A DNA stretch of 32,000 nucleotides from Nitrosomonas europaea (GCF_900167395.1 NZ_FUWK01000025.1:1-32000); one strand, 5' to 3'; counted from the first letter of the stretch, positions 8,475 through 18,663 are shown. Translations and numbers: made by a program. The notes: generated from the letters alone by a model not told the origin.

Positions 8475-9962
8475 TTATCGCTGCATCAACAGCGAGTAAA
8501 TGGACAGGTATGCCAAAGCACTGGATCGCCAGCTGAAATCCTTACGCATGCCATTGTGCTGCAGGGTTTTCCATAACCTGGTGTTGTAATAGGCATCAAT
8601 TGCCCGTCCGATTCCATTCATGAATGCATCTGCGGTCATTTCGTGAAAATGGAATCCGCTTGCAGATTCGCCGGCTGGAGTATCAGGGGCCAGATCAGTC
8701 ACTGTATCGATCAGTCCGCCGGTTGTATGGACGATGGGCGGAGTGCCGTAGCGCTGGCTGTACATCTGGTTCAGTCCGCACGGTTCAAAGCGGGAAGGCA
8801 TCAGAAAGCAGTCCGCACTGGCATTGATCCGATGCGAGAGCGCTTCGTCGTAGTCGATGCGGACGGCAATTCTGGCAGGGTTGGTTTGTGCAAGCATAAC
8901 GAGTTGTTTTTCCAGAGATTGATCTCCCTTTCCCAGCAATACCAGTTGAGCAGGGAGATCTGCCAGCATGGGTGCGACCTGCAACAGAATATCGTAGCCT
9001 TTCTGGTAACTGAGACGGCTGATTCCGGCAAACAGCGGAATCGTTTCGTTTTCTTCCAGCCCCATCTCCCGTTGCAGAGCGAGCTTGTTAATTTTTTTTG
9101 CTGCCAGGTTGCGGCTTGAATATTTTTTTACGATGTGCGGATCGGTTGCCGGATTCCAGACGGTGTTATCGATCCCGTTGATGATTCCGGTGATGGCGTT
9201 GCTGCGTTCGGCCAGTAATCCCTGTAAACCGAATCCCAGCGGCTCATGCTGGATTTCCCGGGCGTAAGTAGGGCTGACCGTAGTAATCCGGGTTGCATAG
9301 TAGATTCCCGCCTTGAGGAACGATAGATTGCCGTAGTATTCGACGCCATGCACGCTGAAGCTTTCGGGTGGCAATCCCAGCCTGGCTACTTCATCGGGTG
9401 GAAAGCAGCCCTGAAAAGCAAGGTTGTGCAGTGTCATCAGGCTGGCTGCTTTCTTCCCGGAGTGGTAGTGGAGATAAGCAGGTGTGAGCCCGCTTTGCCA
9501 GTCATTGCAATGGATGATATCCGGTATCCAGGAGAGCGGGCTGGCATCACTGGCGAGGAGTGCACCCATTTTTGACAGCAGGCCGAAGCGTTGTGCGTTA
9601 TCCGGCCAGTCCTGCCCGTCGTCATCCAGATAGATGCCGCCTGGTCGCTGATAGAGTTCCGGGCAGTGGATCACATATAAGGGCAGACTGACGGATTCAT
9701 TGATCTGTAACCGGGAGGAAAATAATGTGGTTGGAGGGAAGTGCGGCAGGAGATCGAATTCTGCCAGCTTACGTTTGTATTTGAGCCCGGATAGTACTGA
9801 CGGGTAGCCGGGTACGAGTAAGCGTACATCTGCCTTCAGTTCACGCAGCGCGGCAGGTAATGCGGCACTGACATCACCCAGCCCTCCGGTTTTGCATAAC
9901 GGAAATACTTCGGAAGTGACAAACAACACCCGTGGATTTTTGCGGGAAGGAGATGAAGACAT
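8475..9962 (-). CDS. glgA: Glycogen synthase (ADP-glucose type)
   Basis: 495 aa. N-terminal VLFVTSEVFPLCKTGGLGDV hallmark. Length and C-terminal GT-B region are typical of GlgA. Confidence 0.95.
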   Translation of the reverse strand: MSSSPSRKNPRVLFVTSEVFPLCKTGGLGDVSAALPAALRELKADVRLLVPGYPSVLSGLKYKRKLAEFDLLPHFPPTTLFSSRLQINESVSLPLYVIHCPELYQRPGGIYLDDDGQDWPDNAQRFGLLSKMGALLASDASPLSWIPDIIHCNDWQSGLTPAYLHYHSGKKAASLMTLHNLAFQGCFPPDEVARLGLPPESFSVHGVEYYGNLSFLKAGIYYATRITTVSPTYAREIQHEPLGFGLQGLLAERSNAITGIINGIDNTVWNPATDPHIVKKYSSRNLAAKKINKLALQREMGLEENETIPLFAGISRLSYQKGYDILLQVAPMLADLPAQLVLLGKGDQSLEKQLVMLAQTNPARIAVRIDYDEALSHRINASADCFLMPSRFEPCGLNQMYSQRYGTPPIVHTTGGLIDTVTDLAPDTPAGESASGFHFHEMTADAFMNGIGRAIDAYYNTRLWKTLQHNGMRKDFSWRSSALAYLSIYSLLMQR

Positions 9963-9986
9963 GGTTTTCAGATTGGTCCCGTTTCT

Positions 9987-11621
9987 TTATTGCTGTGCTC
10001 TGTAAAAATTGATCAGGCCGTTGGTGGACGCATCGTGTCCGGTTACCGGTTTATCCAGGGCCAATTCAGCCAGAATCTTGCCGGCCAGTTGTTTGCCGAG
10101 CTCTACTCCCCACTGATCGAACGGATTGATTTCCCAGATGACACTTTGTACAAATACTTTGTGTTCGTACAGTGCGATCAGCATACCCAGCGTTGCCGGA
10201 TCGAGTTTTTTGAACAGGATCGAGGTCGTGGCGTGGTTGCCCGGGAAAACACGGTGAGGAAGCAGGTGTTCCACAAGATCAGCGGATAAATTCTGGTTTG
10301 CCAGCTCGGACCGGACTTCCTGTTCAGTTTTTCCGCGCATGAGTGCTTCGGTTTGTGCGAAAAAATTCGCCAGCAGCATGGGATGATGCTCGGATAACGG
10401 GTGATGGCAGCGGCACGGTGCCAGAAAATCGGCAGTGAACTTTTGTGTACCCTGATGCAGCAGTTGATAAAAGGCATGCTGGCCATTGGTGCCGGGCTCG
10501 CCCCAGATGATTATGCCTGTACTGTAATCGACAGCTTCTCCGTTCCGGGTGACACGCTTGCCGTTGCTTTCCATCTCCAGTTGTTGCAGATAAGCCGGAA
10601 AACGATGCATGGACTGATCGTAAGGCAGGATGGCCTGGCTGGTGATATGAAAGAAATTGATCTGCCAGATACCAATCAGGCCCAATATGACTGGCAGATT
10701 CTGCTCGAAGGGAGCAGTCAGAAAATGATCATCCATTGCTTGCGCACCAGCCAGCAGTGAGTGGAAATGTTCCATTCCCACTGCCAGCGCAATCGGCAGG
10801 CCGATGGCTGACCATAACGAATAGCGCCCGCCTACCCAATCCCAGAATTCAAACATATTGTCCGGATCGATCCCGAACTGGCTGACTGCCTCACGGTTGG
10901 TAGAAACGGCGACGAAGTGTGCTGCAATATCCTGTTTACTGCCTCCTCCTGCCAGAAACCATTTCCGGGCGGAATGGGCATTGGCCAGGGTTTCCTGGGT
11001 AGTAAACGTTTTGGAAGCGATGACGAACAGAGTGGTGGCAGGATTGATGTGTTGCAGCGTGTCAGAAAGATGAGCGCCGTCGAGGTTGGAAACGAAATGA
11101 GTCCGAAGCTGCGGCAAGTGGTACGGCTTGAGTGCTTCGGTCACCATGACCGGCCCCAGATCAGAGCCTCCTATCCCGATATTGACGACATCGGTAATCG
11201 GCAGGCCGGAGTAACCCCGGTGCGACTGGTTGTGGATTTTCTGGACAAACTGTTCGATTTGCCGCAATACCCGTCTGACCTCCTGAGTGACATCCACGCC
11301 ATCCATGAAAACCGGTGAATTGGCACGCAAGGCAATGTGCAGTGCCGCCCGGCTCTCGGTGAAATTGATTTTTTCACCATTAGCCATGCGGCCAAGCCAG
11401 TCTACCAGCTTTTGCTGTTCCGCCAGTGCCAGCAGAAGACGGATGGTCGTTGCATCGACAGGTTGCTTGCTGTAGTCGAGCAGCAGATCTTTGAATTGCA
11501 GTGAGAATTTGTCGAATCGTTGCGGATCTTCATCAAACAGCGTGCGCAGAGGGCGGTTGGCAATTTCCGTCTGATGTGCACTCAGAGCCAGCCAGGCAGG
11601 GGATCGGGTCAGTGTGGACAT
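9987..11621 (-). CDS. pgi: Glucose-6-phosphate isomerase
   Basis: 544 aa. Conserved Pgi blocks are present ([53 protein letters not shown]). Confidence 0.95.
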
Positions 11622-11650
11622 ATCTGTTCTCCATAGGGTAGGCAGCCGGA

Positions 11651-12829
11651 TCAGAGTTTTTCAAAAATTGCGGCGATTCCCTGTCCGCCACCGATGCACA
11701 AAGTGACCAGTGCATAGCGGCCGTTTATACGCTGCAGCTCGTAAATGGCTTTGATTGCCAGTATACAACCGGATGCACCAATGGGATGCCCCAGTGCCAC
11801 GGCGCCCCCGTTTGGATTGACTTTGTCCGGGTCGAAATTCAGTTCCCGGGCGACTGCGCACGCCTGGACAGCAAACGCCTCATTGGATTCGATGACATCC
11901 ATCTCAGCCAGATCGAGCCCGGCCCGGTTCAGTGCCTGTTTGACTGCGGGCACGGGGCCGATTCCCATGTAGCGCGGATTGACTCCGGCGTGGCCATAAG
12001 CGACCAGACGTGCCATCGGTTGATGATGATTCCGTTCGGCTGCGCGTTCCTCCATCAGCACCAGTGCGGCAGCACCATCATTGATGCCGGATGCGTTACC
12101 GGCCGTGACTGTGCCGTCTTCCCGGAAAACAGGGCGCAGTTTACCCAGCGTTTCCATACTGATGTTGTCGCGCGGGTGCTGGTCTGTATCGAACATCGCT
12201 ACACCTTCGCGGGTGGAAACTTCAACCGGTACGATCTGCTCGCGGAAATAGCCGTTGTGAACAGCGTGAATGGCGCGCCGATGACTTTCCAGTGCGAATC
12301 GATCCTGCTGCTCGCGGGTAATGCTCCATCTTTCAGCAATGTTTTCTGCAGTGATTCCCATGTGTACCCGGTCAAACGGATCGGTCAGTGCGCCCACCAT
12401 CATATCGACTGCGGTACTGTCTTGCATACGTTGTCCCCAGCGCAGTGCGGGAAGAAGATATCCTCCTCGACTCATCGACTCGGCTCCAGCAGCGATAGCC
12501 ACTTCCGTATCTCCCAGCATCACGGCCTGCGCAGCTGAAATGATGGCCTGCAATCCACTGCCGCAAACACGATTCAGGGTAAGCGCCGCTACACTCTGCG
12601 GCAGGCCGGCTTCCAGCGCCGCCACGCGCGCCAGATACATATCCTGCGCTTCAGTGGGGATAACGTGCCCGGCGACGAGGTGCCCAATCTTGTCAGAATC
12701 GACGCTGGCGCGAGTGATTGCTTCCCTGACCGTTATGGCTGCCAGCGTGGCAGGCGCCAGATCCTTCAGCGCGCCACCGTAATCACCGATCGCGGTTCTT
12801 GCGCCACTGAGAACGACGACATTTCTCAT
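11651..12829 (-). CDS. Acetyl-CoA C-acetyltransferase (thiolase II)
   Basis: 392 aa. Active-site context [24 protein letters not shown] and C-terminal CIGGGQG are thiolase signatures. Confidence 0.9.
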
Positions 12830-12839
12830 TCAGATGCGG

Positions 12840-14171
12840 TTACAGCACGTAGCGAGCCAGATCTTCGCTTTGTGAAAGCTTGCCAAGACGTTCATCGACA
12901 TACACGGCATCGATGACATGCGTGCTTCCGCCGTAGCGGGTGGCATTGAATGAAATATCTTCCAGCAATTTTTCCATCACGGTGTGCAATCTTCTGGCAC
13001 CGATATTCTCGGTTCTTTCATTGACTGAGAAGGCAATTTCAGCCAGCCGTCCGATGGCATCTTCTGAAAAATTCAGTTCGATACCTTCTGTTTTCAGTAA
13101 TGCCTGATATTGGCGGATGAGGCAGGCATCCGTGTTGGTGAGTATTTGTTTGAAATCTTCGGCACTGAGACTTTCCAGCTCCACCCGGATGGGAAAGCGG
13201 CCCTGCAGTTCGGGAATCAGATCCGATGGCTTGGCCAGGTGAAAAGCGCCACTGGCGATGAACAGGATATGATCAGTGCGGATCATGCCGTATTTTGTAG
13301 ATATTGTTGTTCCTTCCACCAATGGTAGCAAATCCCGCTGAACGCCCTGGCGTGAAACATCGGAACCGGAGACTTCCGAACGGCTGGTGATTTTGTCGAT
13401 TTCATCGAGAAATACGATGCCATTTTGTTCGACATTCTGCACTGCACCCAGCTTCAATTCTTCATCGTTGACCAGGCGAGCGGCTTCTTCTTCGGTCAGC
13501 AGTTTTCTGGCTTCACGGATACGCAGCTTGCGCATCTTTCTTTTACCAGAACCCATGTTCTGGAACATACCCTGAATCTGGGAAGTCAGCTCTTCCATTC
13601 CAGGAGGGGCGAAAATTTCCATGCTGGTTTGTGCCATGGCGACTTCGATTTCGATTTCCTTGTCGTCCAGTTCACCCTCACGTAATTTTTTGCGGAATTT
13701 CTGGCGGGTCGCGTTGCTTTCTTCGCTGGGGCTGGCCTCAAAACCCAGGTCGCGGGCAGGTGGCAGCAATGCGTCGAGTATCCGTTCCTCTGCACGGTCT
13801 TCAGCCAGTGGTTGATTTTTTCTGATTTCACGCTCGCGTGCCTGCTTGATGGCCGATTCCACCAGATCACGGATAATGGAATCGACATCCCGTCCGACAT
13901 AGCCCACTTCGGTAAATTTGGTTGCCTCGATCTTGATGAAGGGAGCATTGGCCAGCCTGGCCAGTCGCCTGGCGATTTCAGTCTTGCCCACGCCCGTCGG
14001 GCCGATCATCAGAATATTCTTGGGAGTGATTTCATGGCGCAGAGGCTCATCTACTTGCTGCCGGCGCCAGCGGTTTCTCAGTGCGATTGCGACAGCGCGT
14101 TTGGCTGTGTCCTGTCCGATGATGTGTTTGTCCAGTTCGTGGACAATTTCCTGCGGGGTCATATACGACAT
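12840..14171 (-). CDS. hslU: ATP-dependent protease ATPase subunit HslU
   Basis: 443 aa. N-terminal [17 protein letters not shown], Walker [23 protein letters not shown]. It sits directly downstream of hslV. Confidence 0.97.
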   Translation of the reverse strand: MSYMTPQEIVHELDKHIIGQDTAKRAVAIALRNRWRRQQVDEPLRHEITPKNILMIGPTGVGKTEIARRLARLANAPFIKIEATKFTEVGYVGRDVDSIIRDLVESAIKQAREREIRKNQPLAEDRAEERILDALLPPARDLGFEASPSEESNATRQKFRKKLREGELDDKEIEIEVAMAQTSMEIFAPPGMEELTSQIQGMFQNMGSGKRKMRKLRIREARKLLTEEEAARLVNDEELKLGAVQNVEQNGIVFLDEIDKITSRSEVSGSDVSRQGVQRDLLPLVEGTTISTKYGMIRTDHILFIASGAFHLAKPSDLIPELQGRFPIRVELESLSAEDFKQILTNTDACLIRQYQALLKTEGIELNFSEDAIGRLAEIAFSVNERTENIGARRLHTVMEKLLEDISFNATRYGGSTHVIDAVYVDERLGKLSQSEDLARYVL

Positions 14172-14204
14172 GATGGGATTTTCCTGGTATGGAATGATTT
14201 CTGT

Positions 14205-14726
14205 TTAATCGAGCTGTTCGATGACATGCACCTGATTGGTATAGATGCAGATATCCCCGGCGATCGTAAGTGCCTTGGTAACGATCTCCTTGGGGCTCAG
14301 ATCGGTATTTTCCAGCAGGGCACGTGCCGCCGCCTGAGCATAGGCTCCGCCGCTGCCGATGGCTGCAATTCCCTGTTCCGGTTCGATCACATCTCCTGCG
14401 CCCGTGATGATCAGTGTGGCTTCATGATCGGCTACCACCAGCATGGCTTCCAGACGGCGCAGGATACGATCGGTGCGCCAGTCTTTGGCAAGTTCGACCG
14501 CGGATCGCATGAGATGTCCCTGATGTTTTTCCAGCTTGGCTTCGAAGCGCTCAAACAGTGTGAAGGCATCCGCCGTGCCGCCCGCAAATCCAGCCAGCAC
14601 CTTGTTGTGATAAAGCCTGCGTACTTTGCGTGCGCTGGCCTTGGCGACGACAGCGCCGAGTGTTACCTGGCCATCACCGCCCAATGCTACCTGTCGTCCG
14701 CGTCGGACTGATACTATCGTGGTCAT
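14205..14726 (-). CDS. hslV: ATP-dependent protease peptidase subunit HslV
   Basis: 173 aa. [10 protein letters not shown]-terminus (Thr nucleophile after Met removal) plus GSGG and GD blocks. A 33-nt gap separates it from hslU. Confidence 0.97.
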
Positions 14727-14752
14727 ATTTTGTATTTACAACGAAAACCCTG

Positions 14753-14783
14753 ATTATAGCGCCGTTTTGCAATAGGATTCAGG
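14753..14783 (-). promoter_or_regulatory. Candidate heat-shock (sigma-32-like) or sigma-70 promoter for hslVU
   Basis: On the - strand: CCTGAAT (complement of 14777-14783), then 14 nt, then GCGCTATAAT (the TATAAT is the complement of 14753-14758), ending about 27 nt upstream of the hslV ATG. It resembles CTTGAAA-N13-15-CCCCATNT. Pattern match only. Confidence 0.3.
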
Positions 14784-15209
14784 TGACGGGTTGGCCGACT
14801 GACATCTTCTGTTTTTCTTTACGTACTACGATTTTACACTTTCAGATATCCGCAGTTTTTAGGTGGCGTTTATCATGAAACCAGGGGAATATATTCATAA
14901 CCATAATACAAACGTGTGGAAAACATCTGCAGCTCGTTGGGCATATATAGCAGAAGGAGATCGTGTTCCCAGGGATCAGACATGACACCGAACCCGTGTG
15001 GCACTTTTGCTTATTCGCTGAACTTAAGGAACCTCTGATTAAGTCCCATATGGCCCGCACACCGTGTTTTGCGGATGGAATGCAAGGGTGAGTGAGGCAG
15101 TGATGGCTGATCCCTTCACAATGAGCTCAACGCTGCTTGTTAGCTTAATCGTTAGCCGTTCTCGTATTTCAGTGAAACCTGTAATCCGTCTTAATCATGG
15201 AGAAACGTT

Positions 15210-15914
15210 ATGAGTAAGAAGATACTTGTTGTCTTAACCAGTGTTGAAAAATATCCGGAGATGGATCGTGCCACAGGTTTGTGGCTGGGAGAGGCTGTTC
15301 ATTTTGTCAGGAAAGTCGAAGCAGCCGGGTATGAAGTCGACTATGTCAGCCCTCAAGGCGGCTATACACCGATTGATCCGCACAGCCTGGCAATGGCTGA
15401 GCCAATTGACTGGGAGTGGTACCAGAAGAAGGAATTCATGAATCGCCTTGGCAAGACTATGAAGGCAAGTGAAGTCAATCCAGATGACTATATTGCAATC
15501 TACTATGCTGGTGGCCATGGTGTTATCTGGGATTTTCCCGACAATGAAGAATTGCAATCTATCAGCCGGAAGATCTACGAAAATGGAGGGATTGTCTCTT
15601 CAGTTTGTCATGGCGCAGCCGGCCTGCTGAACATAAAGCTTTCGAATGGCAGCCTGCTGGTGAAAGGCAAGGAACTAACCGGTTTTTCCAATGAGGAAGA
15701 AAAACTTGCTGAGCTGGATAAATTTGTGCCTTTTCTGACTGAAACAGAGTTACTTGCGCGTGGCGCTATCTATAAAAAAGCTGATGAGCCGTGGGTCTCC
15801 TTTGCCGTTGAAGATAACAGACTTATCACTGGGCAGAATCCGGCTTCTGGTGGGGCTGTCGCTGATTTGCTGATAAAGGCTCTCAAGAATGAGCTCCGGC
15901 ATTTACTCAGGTAA
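15210..15914 (+). CDS. DJ-1/PfpI-family (class I glutamine amidotransferase-like) protein
   Basis: 234 aa. The nucleophile elbow SSVCHGAAGL plus LTGFSNEEE and ITGQNPASG are typical of ThiJ/DJ-1/PfpI proteins. A GGAGAA Shine-Dalgarno lies 6 nt upstream of the ATG. Confidence 0.8.
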   Translation: MSKKILVVLTSVEKYPEMDRATGLWLGEAVHFVRKVEAAGYEVDYVSPQGGYTPIDPHSLAMAEPIDWEWYQKKEFMNRLGKTMKASEVNPDDYIAIYYAGGHGVIWDFPDNEELQSISRKIYENGGIVSSVCHGAAGLLNIKLSNGSLLVKGKELTGFSNEEEKLAELDKFVPFLTETELLARGAIYKKADEPWVSFAVEDNRLITGQNPASGGAVADLLIKALKNELRHLLR

Positions 15915-15969
15915 TGCCAATTCGCGGCATGGTTTATTCAAACATCAGGTTCTTGTGCGGGAGAATTCG

Positions 15970-16344
15970 GTGATTAACCTTCATGCAAGTGATCTTCGTA
16001 CCTTTATTCCATCCCGGGATTTTGTGTTATCCAGGGATTTTTACTCGGCATTGGGTTGTGAGCTGGAGTGGTCAGATGACAATCTGGCGCTGTTCAACCT
16101 TGCAGGGTCAAGATTTTACCTGCAGCGTTACTATGTAAAAGAATGGGCTGAGAACAGCATGCTTCACATATCGGTGCAGGATGCGGCCAATTGTTTTACT
16201 GACATTACGGGGCTCATAGAATCTGGCCGTTTTCCTTCTGTCCGTGTGGCTCCGCCGAAGCGGGAATCTTATGGTGCATTGGTTACTTATGTCTGGGATC
16301 CATCAGGTGTTCTGCTGCATCTGACTCAATGGGACGAAGGCTAA
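15970..16344 (+). CDS. VOC-family (glyoxalase/bleomycin-resistance-like) protein
   Basis: The start was set at the GTG at 15970, preceded by GGGAGAA. The 124-aa product has the pattern ...FIPSRDFVLSRDFYSALGCE...ALFNL...FYLQ...HISV...WDPSGVLLHL typical of the beta-alpha-beta-beta-beta VOC fold. The longer track ORF overlaps the upstream gene. Confidence 0.6.
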   Translation: MINLHASDLRTFIPSRDFVLSRDFYSALGCELEWSDDNLALFNLAGSRFYLQRYYVKEWAENSMLHISVQDAANCFTDITGLIESGRFPSVRVAPPKRESYGALVTYVWDPSGVLLHLTQWDEG

Positions 16345-16451
16345 TCGTTCATTCAGGTCGATGCTGTTTCTCGTAATGGCAATTTGATGAAATAAGAACA
16401 ATGCGCCTTATCTTGAGCCAGTGTCTTGCCAATCTGTCGGTTAGATTTCTT

Positions 16452-17054
16452 ATGAACCGTAATTCATACAACAAGATTGCGCATTTATGGAATGTCGCTC
16501 GTAACGGGTTCTTTGGACGCGAGCGCGAATATCTCGATGCGATTCTTTCGGTTGCGCCCATAGGCTCGACGATTCTGGATCTGGGGTGCGGCACCGGCCG
16601 TCCGATGGCTGAATATATCGTTTCCAGAGGGCGTTGTGTTCTCGGAGTAGATCAGTCAGAGGAGATGCTGCGGCTTGCCCGCCAGAAGCTTCCGCACGAG
16701 CAATGGGTTCTGTCTTCGATAGAGTCGTATGAGCCAGTAGAGGGGTATCACGGCGCTCTGCTCTGGGATTCGCTTTTCCATATTCGGCGTACAGAACATG
16801 AACTCATCGTAAGTAAGGTGGTACGCGGACTTCCGTCAGGAGGCAGGCTTATGTTGACTGTTGGTGGATCTGCTCACCCGGAATTTACAGATTTCATGTA
16901 TGGAGAGGAATTTTATTATGATTCCAATACGCCACAAGAAACAGAGACGTTCCTCCAGCGATTATCTTGTCGTATGGTAATTGGCGAATATATGAATTTG
17001 CCGGATGGGGGAAGAGATAAGGGCCGATACGCAATTGTCGCGGAAAAAATTTAG
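16452..17054 (+). CDS. Class I SAM-dependent methyltransferase
   Basis: Motif I ILDLGCGTGRP, followed by VLGVDQSEEML and ALLWDSLFHI. The ATG at 16452 (MNRNSYNKIAHLW...) is preferred over 16401, but the start is uncertain because neither has a clear Shine-Dalgarno. Confidence 0.75.
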   Translation: MNRNSYNKIAHLWNVARNGFFGREREYLDAILSVAPIGSTILDLGCGTGRPMAEYIVSRGRCVLGVDQSEEMLRLARQKLPHEQWVLSSIESYEPVEGYHGALLWDSLFHIRRTEHELIVSKVVRGLPSGGRLMLTVGGSAHPEFTDFMYGEEFYYDSNTPQETETFLQRLSCRMVIGEYMNLPDGGRDKGRYAIVAEKI

Positions 17055-17076
17055 TAGATTCACACAGGAGATTGAT

Positions 17077-17490
17077 ATGTCCAGTTACGAAATGTTTGCT
17101 GATAAAAATATTGTAGCCGGGGAGCTTGCAAACCTGATGGCCTCCGCAGGCTGGGGTACGGAAGGGGATTATGATGCTACAGCCATTGAAAAGTCGCTGT
17201 CAGCTTATCCGATGATTGCCTATTGCCGAGATTCTGACGGGCTGCTTGTCGGGTATATCAGTGCGTTCACAGACGGTGCGTTTTCAACCTTTGTGGGAGA
17301 GCTTGTCGTTCGGCCGACATATCAGCAGCGAGGAATAGGTTCTGCCCTGTTAGCCATGATCGTTGAGAAGTGCCGCGGTGTGCCGGTATATGCCACCCCG
17401 TTTCAGGGCACAGAGAAGTTTTTTCTTGACAGAGGTTTCCGTGTACCCGAGCGGCCGATGTCGGTAGTCTCGATGCGTAACGTGACATAA
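17077..17490 (+). CDS. GNAT-family N-acetyltransferase
   Basis: The start is at the ATG at 17077 after AGGAG. The 137-aa product has acetyl-CoA motif A, VRPTYQQRGIGSALL. Confidence 0.75.
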   Translation: MSSYEMFADKNIVAGELANLMASAGWGTEGDYDATAIEKSLSAYPMIAYCRDSDGLLVGYISAFTDGAFSTFVGELVVRPTYQQRGIGSALLAMIVEKCRGVPVYATPFQGTEKFFLDRGFRVPERPMSVVSMRNVT

Positions 17491-17583
17491 ATCTGTTGTT
17501 ACATTGGGCTAATACAAGAAGCTGCGCAGCTCTGGTTGTAAATTATGGTGCGAAAAGCACTTGTAAACGGATGTAGAAAACTG

Positions 17584-17607
17584 AAAAAGGCCGGTTTTAC
17601 CGGTTTG
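17584..17607. terminator. Weak bidirectional intrinsic-terminator-like hairpin between the GNAT gene and rpoZ
   Basis: AAAAA-GGCCGGT-TTT-ACCGG-TTTGG. The short stem CCGGT/ACCGG (17591-17595 / 17599-17603) is flanked by an A-run (17584-17588) and T-runs, and the - strand reads ...CCGGCCTTTTTCAGTTTTC. Confidence 0.35.
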
Positions 17608-17627
17608 GGTATGATGGTTGGAAGGAT

Positions 17628-17653
17628 GATGCGGGTAGAGTAATACCCGCATC
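17628..17653. other. Perfect 10-bp stem-loop just downstream of rpoZ
   Basis: GATGCGGGTA (17628-17637), loop GAGTAA, TACCCGCATC (17644-17653). There is no adjacent U-tract, so it may be an RNA-stability or processing element rather than a terminator. Confidence 0.3.
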
Positions 17654-17672
17654 AGGATGGTGCACTGTCTGA

Positions 17673-17876
17673 TCAGCGGAGCGTATTGAGTATTTCTTCG
17701 CCGTATTTTTTTTGTGCCAGTTCACGTAAAGCGATGACGATCGGTTTATCGCGCTCGGAATCGATCATCGGTGTGGAACCGACTGAGACCTGCCTTGCCC
17801 GCACAGTGGCTGCCAGGGTCATGTCGAAACGATTCGGGATTACTTCCAGACAATCTTCTACCGTAATACGTGCCAT
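17673..17876 (-). CDS. rpoZ: DNA-directed RNA polymerase subunit omega
   Basis: 67 aa. [10 protein letters not shown]...[15 protein letters not shown] is the conserved omega N-terminus. It sits downstream of gmk, as in many proteobacteria. Confidence 0.9.
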
Positions 17877-17921
17877 ACAGAGTAACTCCAGTAAGAATTT
17901 GTAATAAAAATCTGTAAAAAA

Positions 17922-18527
17922 TCAGGAGAATTCAGCAATCAGGGAACGCTGCCTGACGAGCTGACGTATCGTTTTCAATCGTTCAGCCTGAACGATGGAG
18001 GCAACATCTCGTGCTGCTGTTTCCAGTTCGTGATTGACCACCACGTAATCAAATCTGTTCACATGGCTGATTTCACTGCGAGCAGCAGCCAGCCGGCGTT
18101 CGATGACTTTATTTTCATCCTGACCGCGTTGTTCCAGACGCTGTTTCAATGCTTCCATGGATGGAGGCAGAATAAATATGGAGGCTGCTTGTGGATAGAC
18201 CGTGCGTATCTGCTGTGCGCCCTGACAGTCTATTTCCAGCAAAACATCCTGTTCTGCTGCCATGGTTTCTTCTATCCATTTGCGCGATGTGCCGTAGAGA
18301 TTGCCGTGCACCTCGGCGCTTTCCAGAAATTCGCCACGTGCCTGCATGTCTTTGAACGTTGCATGATCAACGAAAAAATAATCATGACCATTTTTTTCGT
18401 CTCGTCTGGGTGGACGCGTGGTATAGGAAATCGAGAGAGTCAGATTGATATCCGTCTGTAGCAGAGTACGGATCACACTGGTTTTACCGGCACCGGAGGG
18501 TGCACTGATTACGAACAGACAACTCAT
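17922..18527 (-). CDS. gmk: Guanylate kinase
   Basis: 201 aa. P-loop SAPSGAGKTS, TTRPPR and the EIDxQG block. Confidence 0.95.
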   Translation of the reverse strand: MSCLFVISAPSGAGKTSVIRTLLQTDINLTLSISYTTRPPRRDEKNGHDYFFVDHATFKDMQARGEFLESAEVHGNLYGTSRKWIEETMAAEQDVLLEIDCQGAQQIRTVYPQAASIFILPPSMEALKQRLEQRGQDENKVIERRLAAARSEISHVNRFDYVVVNHELETAARDVASIVQAERLKTIRQLVRQRSLIAEFS

Positions 18528-18622
18528 AATGTTTCATTCTATTGAAATCGTGGCGTATTTTAACAGGGAAATACCGGAAAACGCCCGGGATTATCGTAGA
18601 TGACGAGGACTCATGAATAAAT

Positions 18623-18651
18623 TTGAAGCGGATCGTCGTTTCGGTTAGAAT
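18623..18651 (+). promoter_or_regulatory. Candidate sigma-70 promoter for tRNA-Val
   Basis: TTGAAG (18623-18628), a 17-nt spacer, then TAGAAT (18646-18651). The mature tRNA 5' end lies 13 nt downstream. Confidence 0.45.
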
Positions 18652-18663
18652 TCCGTCTTCTTC

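Noticed and set aside
11786-12538. 250-aa and 153-aa + strand ORFs antisense to the thiolase gene
   Set aside because: Same reasoning: they are shadow ORFs opposite a strongly supported gene, with no recognisable domain.
13812-14711. 299-aa ORF on the + strand, antisense to hslU and hslV and open across their 33-nt spacer
   Set aside because: It lies fully antisense to two unmistakable conserved genes. Its translation is low-complexity and motif-free (rich in D, G, F, C). Long antisense ORFs of this kind are a common by-product of codon bias. No start context or Shine-Dalgarno was seen.
14999-15010. TGGCAC-TTTTGC resembling a sigma-54 promoter
   Set aside because: The GG-to-GC spacing is 9 nt instead of the required 12, so it is not a functional -24/-12 arrangement.
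15103-15213. 36-codon ORF (MADPFTMSSTLLVSLIVSRSRISVKPVIRLNHGETL) whose stop overlaps the DJ-1 gene start
   Set aside because: It has no Shine-Dalgarno and no recognisable family, and the DJ-1 gene has its own GGAGAA Shine-Dalgarno. It is mentioned under the intergenic-gap finding but not called as a gene.
17077-17490. GNAT gene as a possible TacT/AtaT-type toxin of a toxin-antitoxin pair
   Set aside because: No small RHH/DUF1778-type antitoxin ORF is adjacent. The upstream neighbour is a 200-aa methyltransferase, and the context is a metabolic cassette.
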